DNA of 64,000 nt. Source: Candidatus Bathyarchaeota archaeon (GTDB lineage Archaea; Thermoproteota; Bathyarchaeia; Bathyarchaeales; Bathycorpusculaceae). The notes under the pieces were generated by a model. That model made no database searches. It was not told the DNA's origin and saw only the letters and a list, made by a program, of their open reading frames with translations. Made by a program: the position numbers and the translations under genes. The DNA lies in contig CAWHDT010000005.1 of NCBI GenBank assembly GCA_963828195.1, forward strand, positions 64,001-128,000, read 5' to 3'. Below, in pieces: positions 30,307 to 40,313 of the stretch. The stretch's first letter is position 1. Each line of letters opens with the position of its first letter.

Positions 30307-30483
30307 GTGATTGAAACGAAACTTAAAACCTCACGGATACTTTCTATTCTGACATTAGTTTTAGGGTTGATTACTGCAGGGGTTAGCGGAACCACAGATC
30401 ATACTGTTCACGCAGCGTTCGGTGGACTAACAGTGTTATTTGCATTAGTAACAGCGATAAGCCTTTTTCTTTTAAAGCAATAA
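30307..30483 (+). CDS. 58-aa two-TM membrane protein, start uncertain
   Basis: SRILSILTLVLGLITAGV...HAAFGGLTVLFALVTAISLFLL. Confidence 0.5.
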   Translation: MIETKLKTSRILSILTLVLGLITAGVSGTTDHTVHAAFGGLTVLFALVTAISLFLLKQ

Positions 30484-30646
30484 TTCCTGCCTACGCAAAG
30501 CCAGAATCATCCTGCTGCTTTATTTTTAGAATTGCCAAATAAACAAGTCCAGCTCCGCTTGTTTAAAACCTTACATAACAAGCTTAGCGGCTTCCGCTAT
30601 TATTAGAACTTCACGAGCCCAGAAGCCAGCCGACCTTAAGAGCTTT

Positions 30647-30670
30647 GTATACAAAAGCATCAACCAAAAA
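30647..30670 (-). repeat. 24-bp dispersed motif copy 5
   Basis: revcomp TTTTTGGTTGATGCTTTTGTATAC. Confidence 0.85.
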
Positions 30671-31195
30671 GCTTGACTGCCTTAATTTCGGCAGCTTAAG
30701 TTTTCAAAAAACTTCGAAGCCTAACGAACTTTATATATACGTTGCAGATTTAAAACCAAAGTCGGTTAAAAAGAGCAAACAAGAGCGCAACTGATTTTTT
30801 AAATTAGAAAATAGACGCCTTAAGCCATTAAACATGTTCAGTATCACTTAAAATTATTTTTTTGGGGCTAAATTAATCGGTTTTGGGTCAGTAAGAGGTT
30901 GACTCTCAGCTTTTGACCTGACTATATTTAGAAAAATGCATGCCGAACAACTTTTTTATTAAACGAAAGCCAGTAAGAACGTTCATTTTAAACACATAAA
31001 CGTCAAAAGAATCTTAAACTTTCATGCAAAATTCAACATTACTTGCAATTATCCACGTTATTTTTGTTTTGGTGAGGCGTTCGGGCGGCGAAGCCTCGTC
31101 AATTTTGCCTTTTGCGAAAATCGGATTTCATGAAGTTTGTACCCTTAGAAACGTTTTTCAGCGCTTCATGTGATAAACAATTAGAAGAGGTTGCA

Positions 31196-31612
31196 ATGTC
31201 AAACTTTAAAGTTGTAAACAAAAGCTACAGCTTCACCACGAGGGGCGAAATCGACTTTATTGATTTATCTGACAAAGTGCAGGAGGAGGTTTCGTTTTCA
31301 GGCGTCAAAAACGGAGTAGTTCATATCTTCGCGCCTCACGCAACAGGCATCCTGATTTTGACGGAAAACGATTCTGCATTGCTAGACGACATTAAAGCGC
31401 TGTTGGAGGAACTTGCGCCAAAAAACAAGGAATATCATCATCCATCTAACGCTCATTCACATTTGCGCTCAATGATTTTTCCGCCAGATAAAACACTGCC
31501 CATAGTTGGTGGCCACATAGCTTTTGGAACTTGGCAGTCGCTGCTTTTTGTTGAAACAGATGTTTACCCGAGGAAAAGAACCGTAATAATCCAGGTCATG
31601 GGCGAGCAATAA
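31196..31612 (+). CDS. yjbQ: YjbQ/UPF0047 family protein
   Basis: FAPHATG, YHH..NAHSHL, GTWQ..LFVE; GAGGT SD before ATG 31196. Confidence 0.9.
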   Translation: MSNFKVVNKSYSFTTRGEIDFIDLSDKVQEEVSFSGVKNGVVHIFAPHATGILILTENDSALLDDIKALLEELAPKNKEYHHPSNAHSHLRSMIFPPDKTLPIVGGHIAFGTWQSLLFVETDVYPRKRTVIIQVMGEQ

Positions 31613-32185
31613 AAAACAGCAACATCGCTTTTGGCTGTGTGATAAATTTTGCGAAGGTTTCTGATTTCGCGTCTCGTACAGGCAAGAACAAGTGGCTAGC
31701 ATGGTATTTTTAACGTTTTAATGATAATCCAATAACATAGCAAACTATTTTTTAACTATTTATTGTAAAAAATTACCATTCGGAATAGTTTCGCCTCGCA
31801 TCAAAAAAACATTAACTCAATTTTGAACTGCTGAACCGAGTCTGCAAGCTAAAACTACCTGATAAGACTGAATAAACCCGCTAACAGAAGCGCGAAAACT
31901 GGCTAAAAACATTGAAAATCAAAATTAATTAAAGCCAATTACAACAATGTTTCAAAATTAGGTCTTTTTCAAATGGTTGCACCGCCAAATGCAGGAAACG
32001 CGAGGGGCTTTTACTGCAGAAATGCGTGGTTGGGCTTCACTTGACCCATTTTTAGATTCTTGAGCAACAAAAAACGGGTTAGTTGCCAATTTTGGTAAGT
32101 TGAAGAGACAGTTAATTAATCAGGCTGGTTTTTTTTAAAAATAAAAAAGTATGATTATATAAGGTTCGTTGTACTTCGAGAAAAT

Positions 32186-32923
32186 TCAGCGTGTGCTTTC
32201 AGTACGAACCCTTTTTGCCGCTCCTTTAGAACGCATTCTTGCTTTTTTCTTAACCACCGCTCTCTCAGAAGGCTTATTCTCCAAGACATCAGGCTCAGCT
32301 TCTCCTAGCGGCAGGTCATCAACAGCATCTGGAAAATCATCGTTTGTAGCTTGTTCACCTCCAGCTTTAAGCATCGCTGCCATTGCCCGGTCAACATCGC
32401 CCGGCTCCAAGTTGATTCCCAAGGTTGCATCCGCCAGCACAACCGTCACGTAGCCAAGTTTACGGGCGTCAAGAACCGTGTTCAAAACGCAGTAATCTGT
32501 TGCTAAACCTCCGATGAAAAGACGTTTGGTCTCGCACATTTTTAGTTCATGAGCGAAGCTTGTTCCGTCGAAAACCGAGTAGCTTTCATGCTCTGGATTT
32601 GTGGCTTTAGAAATCACCGCGACGCCATCAGGCAGCTTAAGGTCGGGGCTGAATTTTGCCCCTTCAGTTCCCTGCACGCAGTGGGGCGGCCAAGGACCAC
32701 CCTGTGTTTTGAAGGATACGTGATTGATTGGGTGCCAGTCTCTTGAGGCAAAAATATGTGCTTTGGCATCTTCAAAGCGCCGCTCATAAGCGTTTAAAAC
32801 AGGAATTATTTCGTCGCCGCCTTCAACGGGAAGGGCGCCGCCGGGCATGAAGTCTTTTTGGATGTCAGTTATCAAAAGGGCATCGGAACTTGTTATAACA
32901 TAGTTTTTTTTCAAACAAAACAC
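32186..32923 (-). CDS. pncA: nicotinamidase/pyrazinamidase
   Basis: DIQKDFMPGGAL, SRDWHP, WPPHCVQGT, GLATDYCV. Confidence 0.92.
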   Translation of the reverse strand: MFCLKKNYVITSSDALLITDIQKDFMPGGALPVEGGDEIIPVLNAYERRFEDAKAHIFASRDWHPINHVSFKTQGGPWPPHCVQGTEGAKFSPDLKLPDGVAVISKATNPEHESYSVFDGTSFAHELKMCETKRLFIGGLATDYCVLNTVLDARKLGYVTVVLADATLGINLEPGDVDRAMAAMLKAGGEQATNDDFPDAVDDLPLGEAEPDVLENKPSERAVVKKKARMRSKGAAKRVRTESTR

Positions 32924-33058
32924 CTATCATTTTTTCGTTCAGAATACATTCAGAAGCTTAACATAAAATAAGTGGGTACTATCGAATAAACTTTTTTGAA
33001 GCCGCTCGTCAATGGAGAGGTAATTAAGGTTTTGCGAGCGTAGTGAAATGGTGAGACC

Positions 33059-33195
33059 ATGTCAGTTTTAGCCTATGTTTTATTCAAGGTTTCTTCGGGA
33101 ACGAAGCAGGATTTCGTTTCGGAAAGTTAGAACAATGCCTGACATTCTTGTTCACTTCCACCATGATAATTTCGAAAGAGTACATCGGAAAATGT
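33059..33195 (+). pseudogene. internally deleted Lrp/AsnC ligand-binding-domain remnant
   Basis: MSVLAYVLFKVSSG... joined to ...KVRTMPDI..TSTMII. Confidence 0.45.
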
Positions 33196-33227
33196 TACCG
33201 ACCTCAAAACAAGTGAGGCTTTTAGTT

Positions 33228-33251
33228 TGTTTTGGTGATGCTTTCGTATAC
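33228..33251 (+). repeat. 24-bp dispersed motif copy 6
   Basis: TGTTTTGGTGATGCTTTCGTATAC. Confidence 0.85.
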
Positions 33252-33306
33252 CGCTTAGGATAGGCTTATCTCTTAACAGGGCACAATAATTTATTCAGGC
33301 ATCAAC

Positions 33307-34848
33307 ATGCAGGCTGAAAAACAAAACTCAACCATTTCAAGCCGCGAAATGCGAGCCCTTGAAACCAACGCAGAGTACTTTGGCATAAGTCTCCTTCAAC
33401 TGATGGAAAACGCAGGGCGCAACATAGCCCGCGAAACCATTTCAAGGTTCCCAAAAGAAAACAAAATTGCTGTTTTCTGCGGTTTAGGCGGAAACGGCGG
33501 CGACGGCTTCGTAGCTGCCAGGCACCTTTCAGCGGCAGGTTACGGTGTAGTCGTCATTCTCGTGGGCAGAAGCCGCGATATTAACCATGAAGCTGCCTTG
33601 AAAAATTGGGAGATTCTCCAGTGGACCCAAGATAAAACTCCTATAGTTGAGGTAACAGACAGCTCTGTTATACCCAAAGTTTCTGCGGACGTAGTCATCG
33701 ACGCCTTGTTGGGAACGGGCATTAAAGGAAAACTTAAGCCGCCGATTTCCCAAGTAGTTGACTACATTAATTCTTTGAATGCGTTCAAAATAGCGGTCGA
33801 TGTCCCCACAGGTATAGATTCAGACACAGGTGAAGTTTTAGGCACCGCTGTAAAAGCCGATTTGACAGTGACATTCCACAAGTCAAAGCTGGGGTTAAGC
33901 AAAGCGAAAAAATACGTTGGTGAACTCGTTGTAAAATATATAGGGGTGCCTCGGGAAATGGAGCAGTTTGCAGGTCCAGGCGACGTTTTCTTGGTTACGA
34001 AACCGCGTAATCCGATGGCTCATAAGGGAGATTTTGGGCGTCTTCTGGTTATTGGCGGAAACGAAGTTTACTCAGGAGCCCCAACTTTGGTTTCTCTTGG
34101 TGCTCTTCGGACAGGCATAGATCTTGTTTATCTTGCTGCCCCAGCAAAGGTGGCTTACGCGATTTCCTCAATGTCTCCTGACTTGATAACGATAAAACTT
34201 GACGGAGACCACCTGAACCCGGGCAACGTAGAAACGTTAAAACCGTACTTGAAACTTGTTGACGCGGTAGCGATGGGGCCAGGCATGGGGTTAAAACCTG
34301 AAACCCAAGAATTCGTCAAATTATGCATTGAAGAAGTTGAGAAGGCTGGGAAACCCCTGCTTCTAGATGCGGACGGGCTAAAAGCGTTCGCCAAATTCAA
34401 AAGACCCTTAAAAGTTCCCCTTGTCCTTACGCCCCACGCAGGCGAATACGCAATTCTGACAGGCGAAACTTTACCTGAAAACCAAGAAGAACGCGTCTTG
34501 GCAGTGCAGGAAACCGCTGAGGAACTTGACGCTGTTGTTCTTGTAAAGGGCAAAGTTGACATAATTTGTGATGCCGAAAGGGTAAAGTTGAATTTCACGG
34601 GTAACCCAGGCATGACTGTTGGGGGAACAGGCGACGTTCTCAGCGGCATTGTGGGAGGTTTAATGGCTCAACACGTCGATCCGTTTGAAGCCGCAGTTGC
34701 AGGCGCCTTTGTCAATGGTGCCGCAGGCGATTTTGTTGCAGATGAAATTGGTTTTCACATGGTTGCATCTGACATTATTGATTGGATTCCTCAGGTTTTG
34801 GATGATCCCATGAGTCATTTGAAGGTGCGCAAGTCAAATGGAAACTAA
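33307..34848 (+). CDS. nnr: bifunctional NAD(P)HX epimerase/dehydratase
   Basis: LMENAG, GGNGGDG, DALLGTG, HKGDFG, LTPHAGE, GGTGDVLSG. Confidence 0.95.
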   Translation: MQAEKQNSTISSREMRALETNAEYFGISLLQLMENAGRNIARETISRFPKENKIAVFCGLGGNGGDGFVAARHLSAAGYGVVVILVGRSRDINHEAALKNWEILQWTQDKTPIVEVTDSSVIPKVSADVVIDALLGTGIKGKLKPPISQVVDYINSLNAFKIAVDVPTGIDSDTGEVLGTAVKADLTVTFHKSKLGLSKAKKYVGELVVKYIGVPREMEQFAGPGDVFLVTKPRNPMAHKGDFGRLLVIGGNEVYSGAPTLVSLGALRTGIDLVYLAAPAKVAYAISSMSPDLITIKLDGDHLNPGNVETLKPYLKLVDAVAMGPGMGLKPETQEFVKLCIEEVEKAGKPLLLDADGLKAFAKFKRPLKVPLVLTPHAGEYAILTGETLPENQEERVLAVQETAEELDAVVLVKGKVDIICDAERVKLNFTGNPGMTVGGTGDVLSGIVGGLMAQHVDPFEAAVAGAFVNGAAGDFVADEIGFHMVASDIIDWIPQVLDDPMSHLKVRKSNGN

Positions 34849-35395
34849 ACCTGAAGCGCAAAAACCAATTTTATCCGTCAGGATCAGCATTTATCATGCG
34901 GCTCAAGATGACCCAAAAAAGAACACTGCATTAAGGCTTAAACGTCGGGGATTCGCCAGAATAGTCACTAGAGCGAAGTTTTTGCCAAAGCGAGCCATCG
35001 TATTGAATCCTTTTGGTGAAATCGCGTTTTCTCCAGCCGACAGGGGAAGGCTTGAACAATTCGGGTTGGCTGCGCTGGATTGCAGTTGGGAACATGCCCA
35101 GAAAGTAATGGGTAAACAGGTTAGAGGGACGAGCCGCTGCTTACCCATCTTGATTGCGGGGAACCCCGTTAATTTTGGCAAATGGACAAAGTTAACTACG
35201 GCTGAAGCGATCGCGGCTGCATTGTATATTGCGGATTTCAAGAAGGACGCTGAAGAGCTTTTGTCGATTTTTACATGGGGACACACGTTTTTGGAGTTAA
35301 ACAGCGTGTTGCTTGAGAATTACTCGTTGGCGAAAGATAGCGGTGAAATCGTGGAGATGCAGACGAGGCTTCTGAAGGGGAAAAGATGCGATTAA
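34838..35395 (+). CDS. tsr3: 16S rRNA aminocarboxypropyltransferase
   Basis: QDDPKKNT, SPAD, LDCSW, LIAGNPVNFG, FTWGHTFLELN. Confidence 0.92.
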   Translation: METKPEAQKPILSVRISIYHAAQDDPKKNTALRLKRRGFARIVTRAKFLPKRAIVLNPFGEIAFSPADRGRLEQFGLAALDCSWEHAQKVMGKQVRGTSRCLPILIAGNPVNFGKWTKLTTAEAIAAALYIADFKKDAEELLSIFTWGHTFLELNSVLLENYSLAKDSGEIVEMQTRLLKGKRCD

Positions 35396-35398
35396 CTG

Positions 35399-35422
35399 TG
35401 TTTTGGTGATGCTTTTGTATAC
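35399..35422 (+). repeat. 24-bp dispersed motif copy 7
   Basis: TGTTTTGGTGATGCTTTTGTATAC. Confidence 0.85.
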
Positions 35423-35489
35423 GGCTACCCAGAAAATAGGCTAATTAGCCGCGAATACTTAAGCAAGATAAACGTTTGTTCCAATTAAT

Positions 35490-36107
35490 ATGGGAAAAGT
35501 GACCATGGAAACAAAGCAGCAAAACCCTGATGTTGAACACTTCAACCGCAGAGCAGCAACTTACGAGACCGAAAGTAGCCAAGGATATTTTTTTGATAGA
35601 GTACAGAGAAGAGTTTTAAAGTTAGCTAAGGATCAAAGCAGCCCAGAAGTCATTATGGATGTGGGTTGCGGAACGGGGCGGCTGCTTAGAAAAGCCAAGC
35701 TGCAATGGCCCAAAGCCCGTTTGGTTGGTGTTGATGCAGCTGAAAAAATGATACAGCAGGCAACCCTGCTTTTTTCAGAAGCAGAATTCCATGTTGCGAT
35801 GGCTGGAGCTTTGCCTCTGCCTAACGCCTCGGTTGACCTTGCCTTTAGCACTCTTTCATTTCACCATTGGGCAAATCAGGCTAAGGGCATCAGCGAAATC
35901 GCACGCGTTTTACGACCTCAAGGAAGGTTTATTCTGGCTGATATCGTTATTCCAAGTTGGTTATCGCTTTTTGTCCAGCATTTTAGATTTAACAGCCCCG
36001 CAAAAATACGCGAAATGTTTACGCAAGCAGAGTTAACTGTTGAGTTGCAGCAACAGCAATGGCGGTGGTCAAGGGTTCTTTTAATTACCGAGGGAAGGAA
36101 GCATTAA
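35490..36107 (+). CDS. class I SAM-dependent methyltransferase
   Basis: MDVGCGTG, FHHW, RVLRPQG. Confidence 0.9.
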   Translation: MGKVTMETKQQNPDVEHFNRRAATYETESSQGYFFDRVQRRVLKLAKDQSSPEVIMDVGCGTGRLLRKAKLQWPKARLVGVDAAEKMIQQATLLFSEAEFHVAMAGALPLPNASVDLAFSTLSFHHWANQAKGISEIARVLRPQGRFILADIVIPSWLSLFVQHFRFNSPAKIREMFTQAELTVELQQQQWRWSRVLLITEGRKH

Positions 36108-36132
36108 CACGGAGGAGCAGTGCTAGGGATCA

Positions 36133-36786
36133 ATGGCGTTTATCACTAACGAATACTTGTTTTTGGCTTCGGTTTTCTTAATTTCGATGTCGGGTGTTTT
36201 AATGCCTGGACCCTTATTCGCCGTGACTATTCAGAAAGCCGCTAAAAGTAAAGCTGCAGGCGCGTTGATCGCTGTTGGCCACGGAATAGTGGAGTTTCCA
36301 TTGATGTTTGTCATCTTTTTCGTTTTGAGCCAATTTACGATTCCAAGTTTTGGTCAGATTACAGTGGAGCTGGTCGGCGGGCTATTGATGGTTTTGATGG
36401 GTGTTCAAACGTTTAGGAAACGACATAAGACTGAAGAGGTACCTGTAAGTTCCAGTCGGGAATCCGTTCTTGCAGGCGTTTATACCACCGCAGTAAACGC
36501 AGGTTTTATCCTTTGGTGGTTAACGATTGGCACAGCTCTGATTCTTAATGCTCAGCTGTTTGGGGTAGTTGGTTTCTCGCTGTTTGCTGGGGTGCATTGG
36601 CTCTGCGATTTGTCATTTTACACAGTTATAGCATTGGCAATTTTTAAGTCACAGCAACTTTGGTCTCAACGTTGGAATCAGAGGGTTAGAATGGGGATGA
36701 CACTTTTTTGTGTGGCAGTTTTCATCGGTTTCGGTGCGTACTTTATGGGTTCAGCCCTGGCGTCAGTCTTTAGCACAGTTATATAG
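36133..36786 (+). CDS. LysE family translocator
   Basis: SGVLMPGP, GHGIVE, multiple TM helices. Confidence 0.85.
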   Translation: MAFITNEYLFLASVFLISMSGVLMPGPLFAVTIQKAAKSKAAGALIAVGHGIVEFPLMFVIFFVLSQFTIPSFGQITVELVGGLLMVLMGVQTFRKRHKTEEVPVSSSRESVLAGVYTTAVNAGFILWWLTIGTALILNAQLFGVVGFSLFAGVHWLCDLSFYTVIALAIFKSQQLWSQRWNQRVRMGMTLFCVAVFIGFGAYFMGSALASVFSTVI

Positions 36787-36802
36787 TAAGCAAGAGTGAA
36801 AT

Positions 36803-37360
36803 ATGCTCATGGAATTTCAAGTTGGAAAAGCCACTGTGCAACTAATCAAGGGAGACCTCACAGAAGTTGAAGCAGACGCGATAGTGAACGCGGCAAATTC
36901 TTCTCTGATGGGCGGCGGCGGAGTGGACGGAGCAATTCACCGCAAAGGCGGACCTAAAATTCTTGAAGAATGCAAACGCATTAGAGCTACAGAGTGGCCT
37001 GATGGTCTGCCAACGGGGAAAGCAGTGATTACGTCAAGCGGCGACTTAAAAGCTAAATTTGTTATTCACACAGTTGGGCCTGTTTGGCTGGGAGGATTCC
37101 ATGTGGAAGCTGAACTTTTGAAGCAAGCGTATAGAAACTCGTTAAAGCTTGCGGCTGCTAAAGGGCTCAAGACAATTGCGTTTCCGTCAATTAGTACTGG
37201 AGCTTACGGTTACCCGATTGAAGATGCCAGCCAAATAGCTGTAAGAACTGTAAAAGATTTTTTGGAAAAAGAAGATAAGCTTGAGAAAGTAGTTTTCGTT
37301 TTATTTTCTGAGAGTGATTTTCAGGTTTATCTGCGAAATGCAAAGGCTATTTTGGCTTAA
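36803..37360 (+). CDS. macrodomain O-acetyl-ADP-ribose deacetylase
   Basis: GDLT, AIVNAAN, GGGGVDGAIH, HTVGP, FPSISTGAYGYP. Confidence 0.93.
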   Translation: MLMEFQVGKATVQLIKGDLTEVEADAIVNAANSSLMGGGGVDGAIHRKGGPKILEECKRIRATEWPDGLPTGKAVITSSGDLKAKFVIHTVGPVWLGGFHVEAELLKQAYRNSLKLAAAKGLKTIAFPSISTGAYGYPIEDASQIAVRTVKDFLEKEDKLEKVVFVLFSESDFQVYLRNAKAILA

Positions 37361-37679
37361 TGGGAAGCAGTAAACTGTTGAACGTTTTTAGATGTGGTTA
37401 GGTCTGCCAAGCGGAGTGGAGTTGAATTACATTTTGGCGTTTAATTCTTCAATTTCAGACTCGAGCGAGAAATTGTAAAACATTATGGGAGACATTTTTC
37501 GTTGAGCCTGACAGGTGCGGTTTCGTCCAATCTTATTTTTAGGGTTATTTAAATTTCTTTTTTTTGGATATGTTCGATTTTCAGAATATATCGGTTTTTG
37601 AGTGGTCTGTTCATATATTAAATGTTACGATATACATGTAGTTAAGAACAACATATCAACAGAAACATGAGACGAGAAA

Positions 37680-38096
37680 ATGGGTCAACCTCAAATCATC
37701 GTAAGTGCTTCGTGTTCACTCGTATCCCGAAACAAAGAATCTGAAGCTGTTTTTGAAGATGCTTTAGGACAGGCAATAGATAATATTCTCTCAGCATTGG
37801 GAAACGCCAACAAGCAAGCCATTTACCGTCAACTAAAAAATAATTACGGCATTAACGAAAACGAGATTCCTGGTAAAATTGAAGATTTTGCATGCGCGCT
37901 GGAAGATATCTTCGGGTCAGCGGCTAAACTGATTGAAATAAAAATAATCGAGCAGCTACATTCAAAATACAAAGACTTCGCTTATGCCCCGAAAAAAGGA
38001 GAACTAAATTTTGTCGCGTTTGTTTACGGTTTGAAGCGTTATTTTCAACTGAAAACTTTGGAAATCCCCGCTTTTTCGCCGGTGCTGATAAGCTAA
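37680..38096 (+). CDS. archaeal hypothetical protein (DUF3227-like)
   Basis: AIDNILSALG...EIPGKIEDFACALEDIFG.AA.LIE pattern. Confidence 0.6.
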   Translation: MGQPQIIVSASCSLVSRNKESEAVFEDALGQAIDNILSALGNANKQAIYRQLKNNYGINENEIPGKIEDFACALEDIFGSAAKLIEIKIIEQLHSKYKDFAYAPKKGELNFVAFVYGLKRYFQLKTLEIPAFSPVLIS

Positions 38097-38404
38097 ACTA
38101 ACGTTAAAATCAAAGTTGAGCTGATGCTGCTTAGATTCTTTATTTGCTTAAGGGCGATTTCCCGAATATGATCCAAGGATTCACCGCTTACTTTTACGAC
38201 AAAATCGTAAGCTCCATGGGAAAGATACAATTCGATGACTCCTTCGACTTTTTTCAAATCTTCCAATGCACTTTTACCTGAATCAGGCTTAGCGGTTACA
38301 AAAACAAAAGCGTTTCTTTTAGGCTTCTCTTTCGCCTCTGCAGTGGAGGGCACGAGTATTTGGCTGCTTAAATCTGCAAAAACATTTTCCAAACAATCCA
38401 CCAC
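38093..38404 (-). CDS. Lrp/AsnC ligand-binding-domain protein
   Basis: AFVFV...GAYDFVVKV...ISSTLIL. Confidence 0.75.
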   Translation of the reverse strand: MVDCLENVFADLSSQILVPSTAEAKEKPKRNAFVFVTAKPDSGKSALEDLKKVEGVIELYLSHGAYDFVVKVSGESLDHIREIALKQIKNLSSISSTLILTLV

Positions 38405-38664
38405 TTGAATACGTTAACCCTCGAAGCATAGTTATTAAACCTGTGTTGCTGTGTGGCGACGCCAACAAATCAATATAACATCGCCAGCCTCTTGGAAACT
38501 TGCAGCTGAAAGAAGCTGGGGCTTGGCGAGAACCAGCTTTTTTCGTCAGAAGGCACATAGAAAGCAAACCGCGCCCATTCGCAATAATTTTTATCGCCCG
38601 ATAAGAAGAAAAGAATGGAGGCTTACTCTGCGTCTTCTTTGAAGCCAAGCCCGGAATTAAGTTG

Positions 38665-39210
38665 TTACCCGTTTGACGTTTTTAGTTGAATGAGCGAGTA
38701 AACGTCGTATTTGTTGCCCACCATTTTTCGTCCCTCCAGATAACAGAGCTCTATCAGAAAGCCTAAGCCCACCACTTTTCCACCCAGCTTTTCAACCAAT
38801 TCAATATTTGCTTTCACGGTTCCGCCGGTAGCGAGTAAATCGTCAATCAGCAAAATGTTTTGGCCCTTTTCGATTGCGTCTTCATGAATTTCGATTGTGT
38901 CACACTCGTACTCTTTTTTGTAAGTGAGGTCAACACATTTGAAAGGCAGCTTGCCCTTCTTTCTTATAGGAACAAAACCCACGCCTAATTCGTAAGCTAC
39001 AGCGGCTCCGATGATGAAACCTCTGGCTTCATTTGAGACCACTGCATCGATGGGTTTTTCGCGGTAATGGTCTGCTAACTGTTTAATGGATTGCTGGAGG
39101 CAATTTTTGTCTTTTAAAAGTGTGGTGATATCCCAGAAAACCACGCCTTTAAACTCAGGTATTCTTCTAACTTTCGATTTAAGATCCAGCGGTTTTTCTG
39201 GTTTATTCAT
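38665..39210 (-). CDS. apt: adenine phosphoribosyltransferase
   Basis: FWDITTLL, EARGFI, RKKGKLP, IDDLLATGGT. Confidence 0.93.
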   Translation of the reverse strand: MNKPEKPLDLKSKVRRIPEFKGVVFWDITTLLKDKNCLQQSIKQLADHYREKPIDAVVSNEARGFIIGAAVAYELGVGFVPIRKKGKLPFKCVDLTYKKEYECDTIEIHEDAIEKGQNILLIDDLLATGGTVKANIELVEKLGGKVVGLGFLIELCYLEGRKMVGNKYDVYSLIQLKTSNG

Positions 39211-39224
39211 TTTTGCTTCGCTCC

Positions 39225-40010
39225 TTACACAAAGGCCCCTTTCAAGGCTTCGTTGCATTTGCAGGCGCACTCATTCGGCAGCTGGGCAACTGTGTCAGCA
39301 ATTATCTGTTTGACGTTTTCAATGTTAGACTTCATTATCTTAACTACGTCGTCAACGCAGACTGGATGGTCTTTCCAAACATCGTAATCTGTTACGGTTG
39401 AAATGGATGCGTAGCATATTTCTGCTTCTCTAGCCAAGACGCATTCGGGAACCAGCGTCATGCCAACCACATCTGCACCCCATTGCCGAAACATTTTGGA
39501 TTCAGCCTTAGTTGAAAAGCGCGGTCCTTCAATGCACACGTAAGTTCCTGTTTCATGCATCTTGACGCCTATTTTTTTGGCCACAGCGATCAGGTTTTGT
39601 CTTAGCTCGGGGCACATTGGTTCGGCAACAGATATGTGGCAAACCTTGTTTTCGGTGTAGAATGATTGTTCGCGTCTTGTGGTTCGATCGATGAATTGGT
39701 CACAGAAAACGATTTCGCCCGGATGATACTCTTCCCGAAGAGAGCCGACGGTTGATGGTGCAAGAATGCGTTTTACGCCAAGCTTCTTTAACGCGGAAAT
39801 ATTAGCTTTAACGTTGATGTTGGTTGGTCTGATGGTGTGTTTTTTTCCGTGTCTGGGCAGAAAAGCCACGCATTTCCCCGCCAACTCTCCAACGGTTATG
39901 GAGTCTGAAGGTTTCCCGTAGGGGGTTTCAACGGTGACTTCTTGAGCGTTCTTGAGAAGTTTAGGGTCGTAGAGGCCTGTTCCGCCGATAACTCCAATTT
40001 CAGCTTGCAT
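39225..40010 (-). CDS. mtnP: S-methyl-5'-thioadenosine phosphorylase
   Basis: IGVIGGTG, PRHG, EGPRFST.AES, VGMT..PE, TDYD. Confidence 0.95.
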   Translation of the reverse strand: MQAEIGVIGGTGLYDPKLLKNAQEVTVETPYGKPSDSITVGELAGKCVAFLPRHGKKHTIRPTNINVKANISALKKLGVKRILAPSTVGSLREEYHPGEIVFCDQFIDRTTRREQSFYTENKVCHISVAEPMCPELRQNLIAVAKKIGVKMHETGTYVCIEGPRFSTKAESKMFRQWGADVVGMTLVPECVLAREAEICYASISTVTDYDVWKDHPVCVDDVVKIMKSNIENVKQIIADTVAQLPNECACKCNEALKGAFV

Positions 40011-40087
40011 AAACCATTTACTTTAAACGTTGAACTTATAAGAATAGCGATAACCATCGGTTCATTACAATAATTTTCTGAAATTTT

Positions 40088-40238
40088 GAAAGAACAACAA
40101 CACCCAAAAAACAACTGTTGTTCTTCTCGGCAACATTTTTTTTAAAAGAAGAAGAAGCCTAGAAAAACCATTTTTCTTCTTCCACTTTATTTTTTAAAAA
40201 GAACAGCAATAACTCAAAACAACCGCTGTTCTTCTACC
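40088..40238. repeat. three related fold-back units including GAA/TTC repeat copy B (40144-40184)
   Basis: AAAGAA(C/G)A...AAAAC...(G/T)TTCTTC units in tandem. Confidence 0.65.
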
Positions 40239-40313
40239 CATTGAACTTGGAGGATGCCCATGTTTTCCTGTTTTTTTCAAGGTCACTACGTAGCCAAGCT
40301 TCCGCAAGAAATG

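Noticed and set aside
31069-31102. TTGGTGAGGCGTTCG...CGAAGCCTCGTCAA hairpin upstream of yjbQ as a riboswitch
   Set aside because: Single simple stem-loop with no recognisable aptamer consensus; it shares only a partial 5' match to the 24-bp motif.
24067-35422. CRISPR array interpretation of the 24-bp motif
   Set aside because: Copies are hundreds to thousands of bp apart, in both orientations, with no regular spacers or cas genes.
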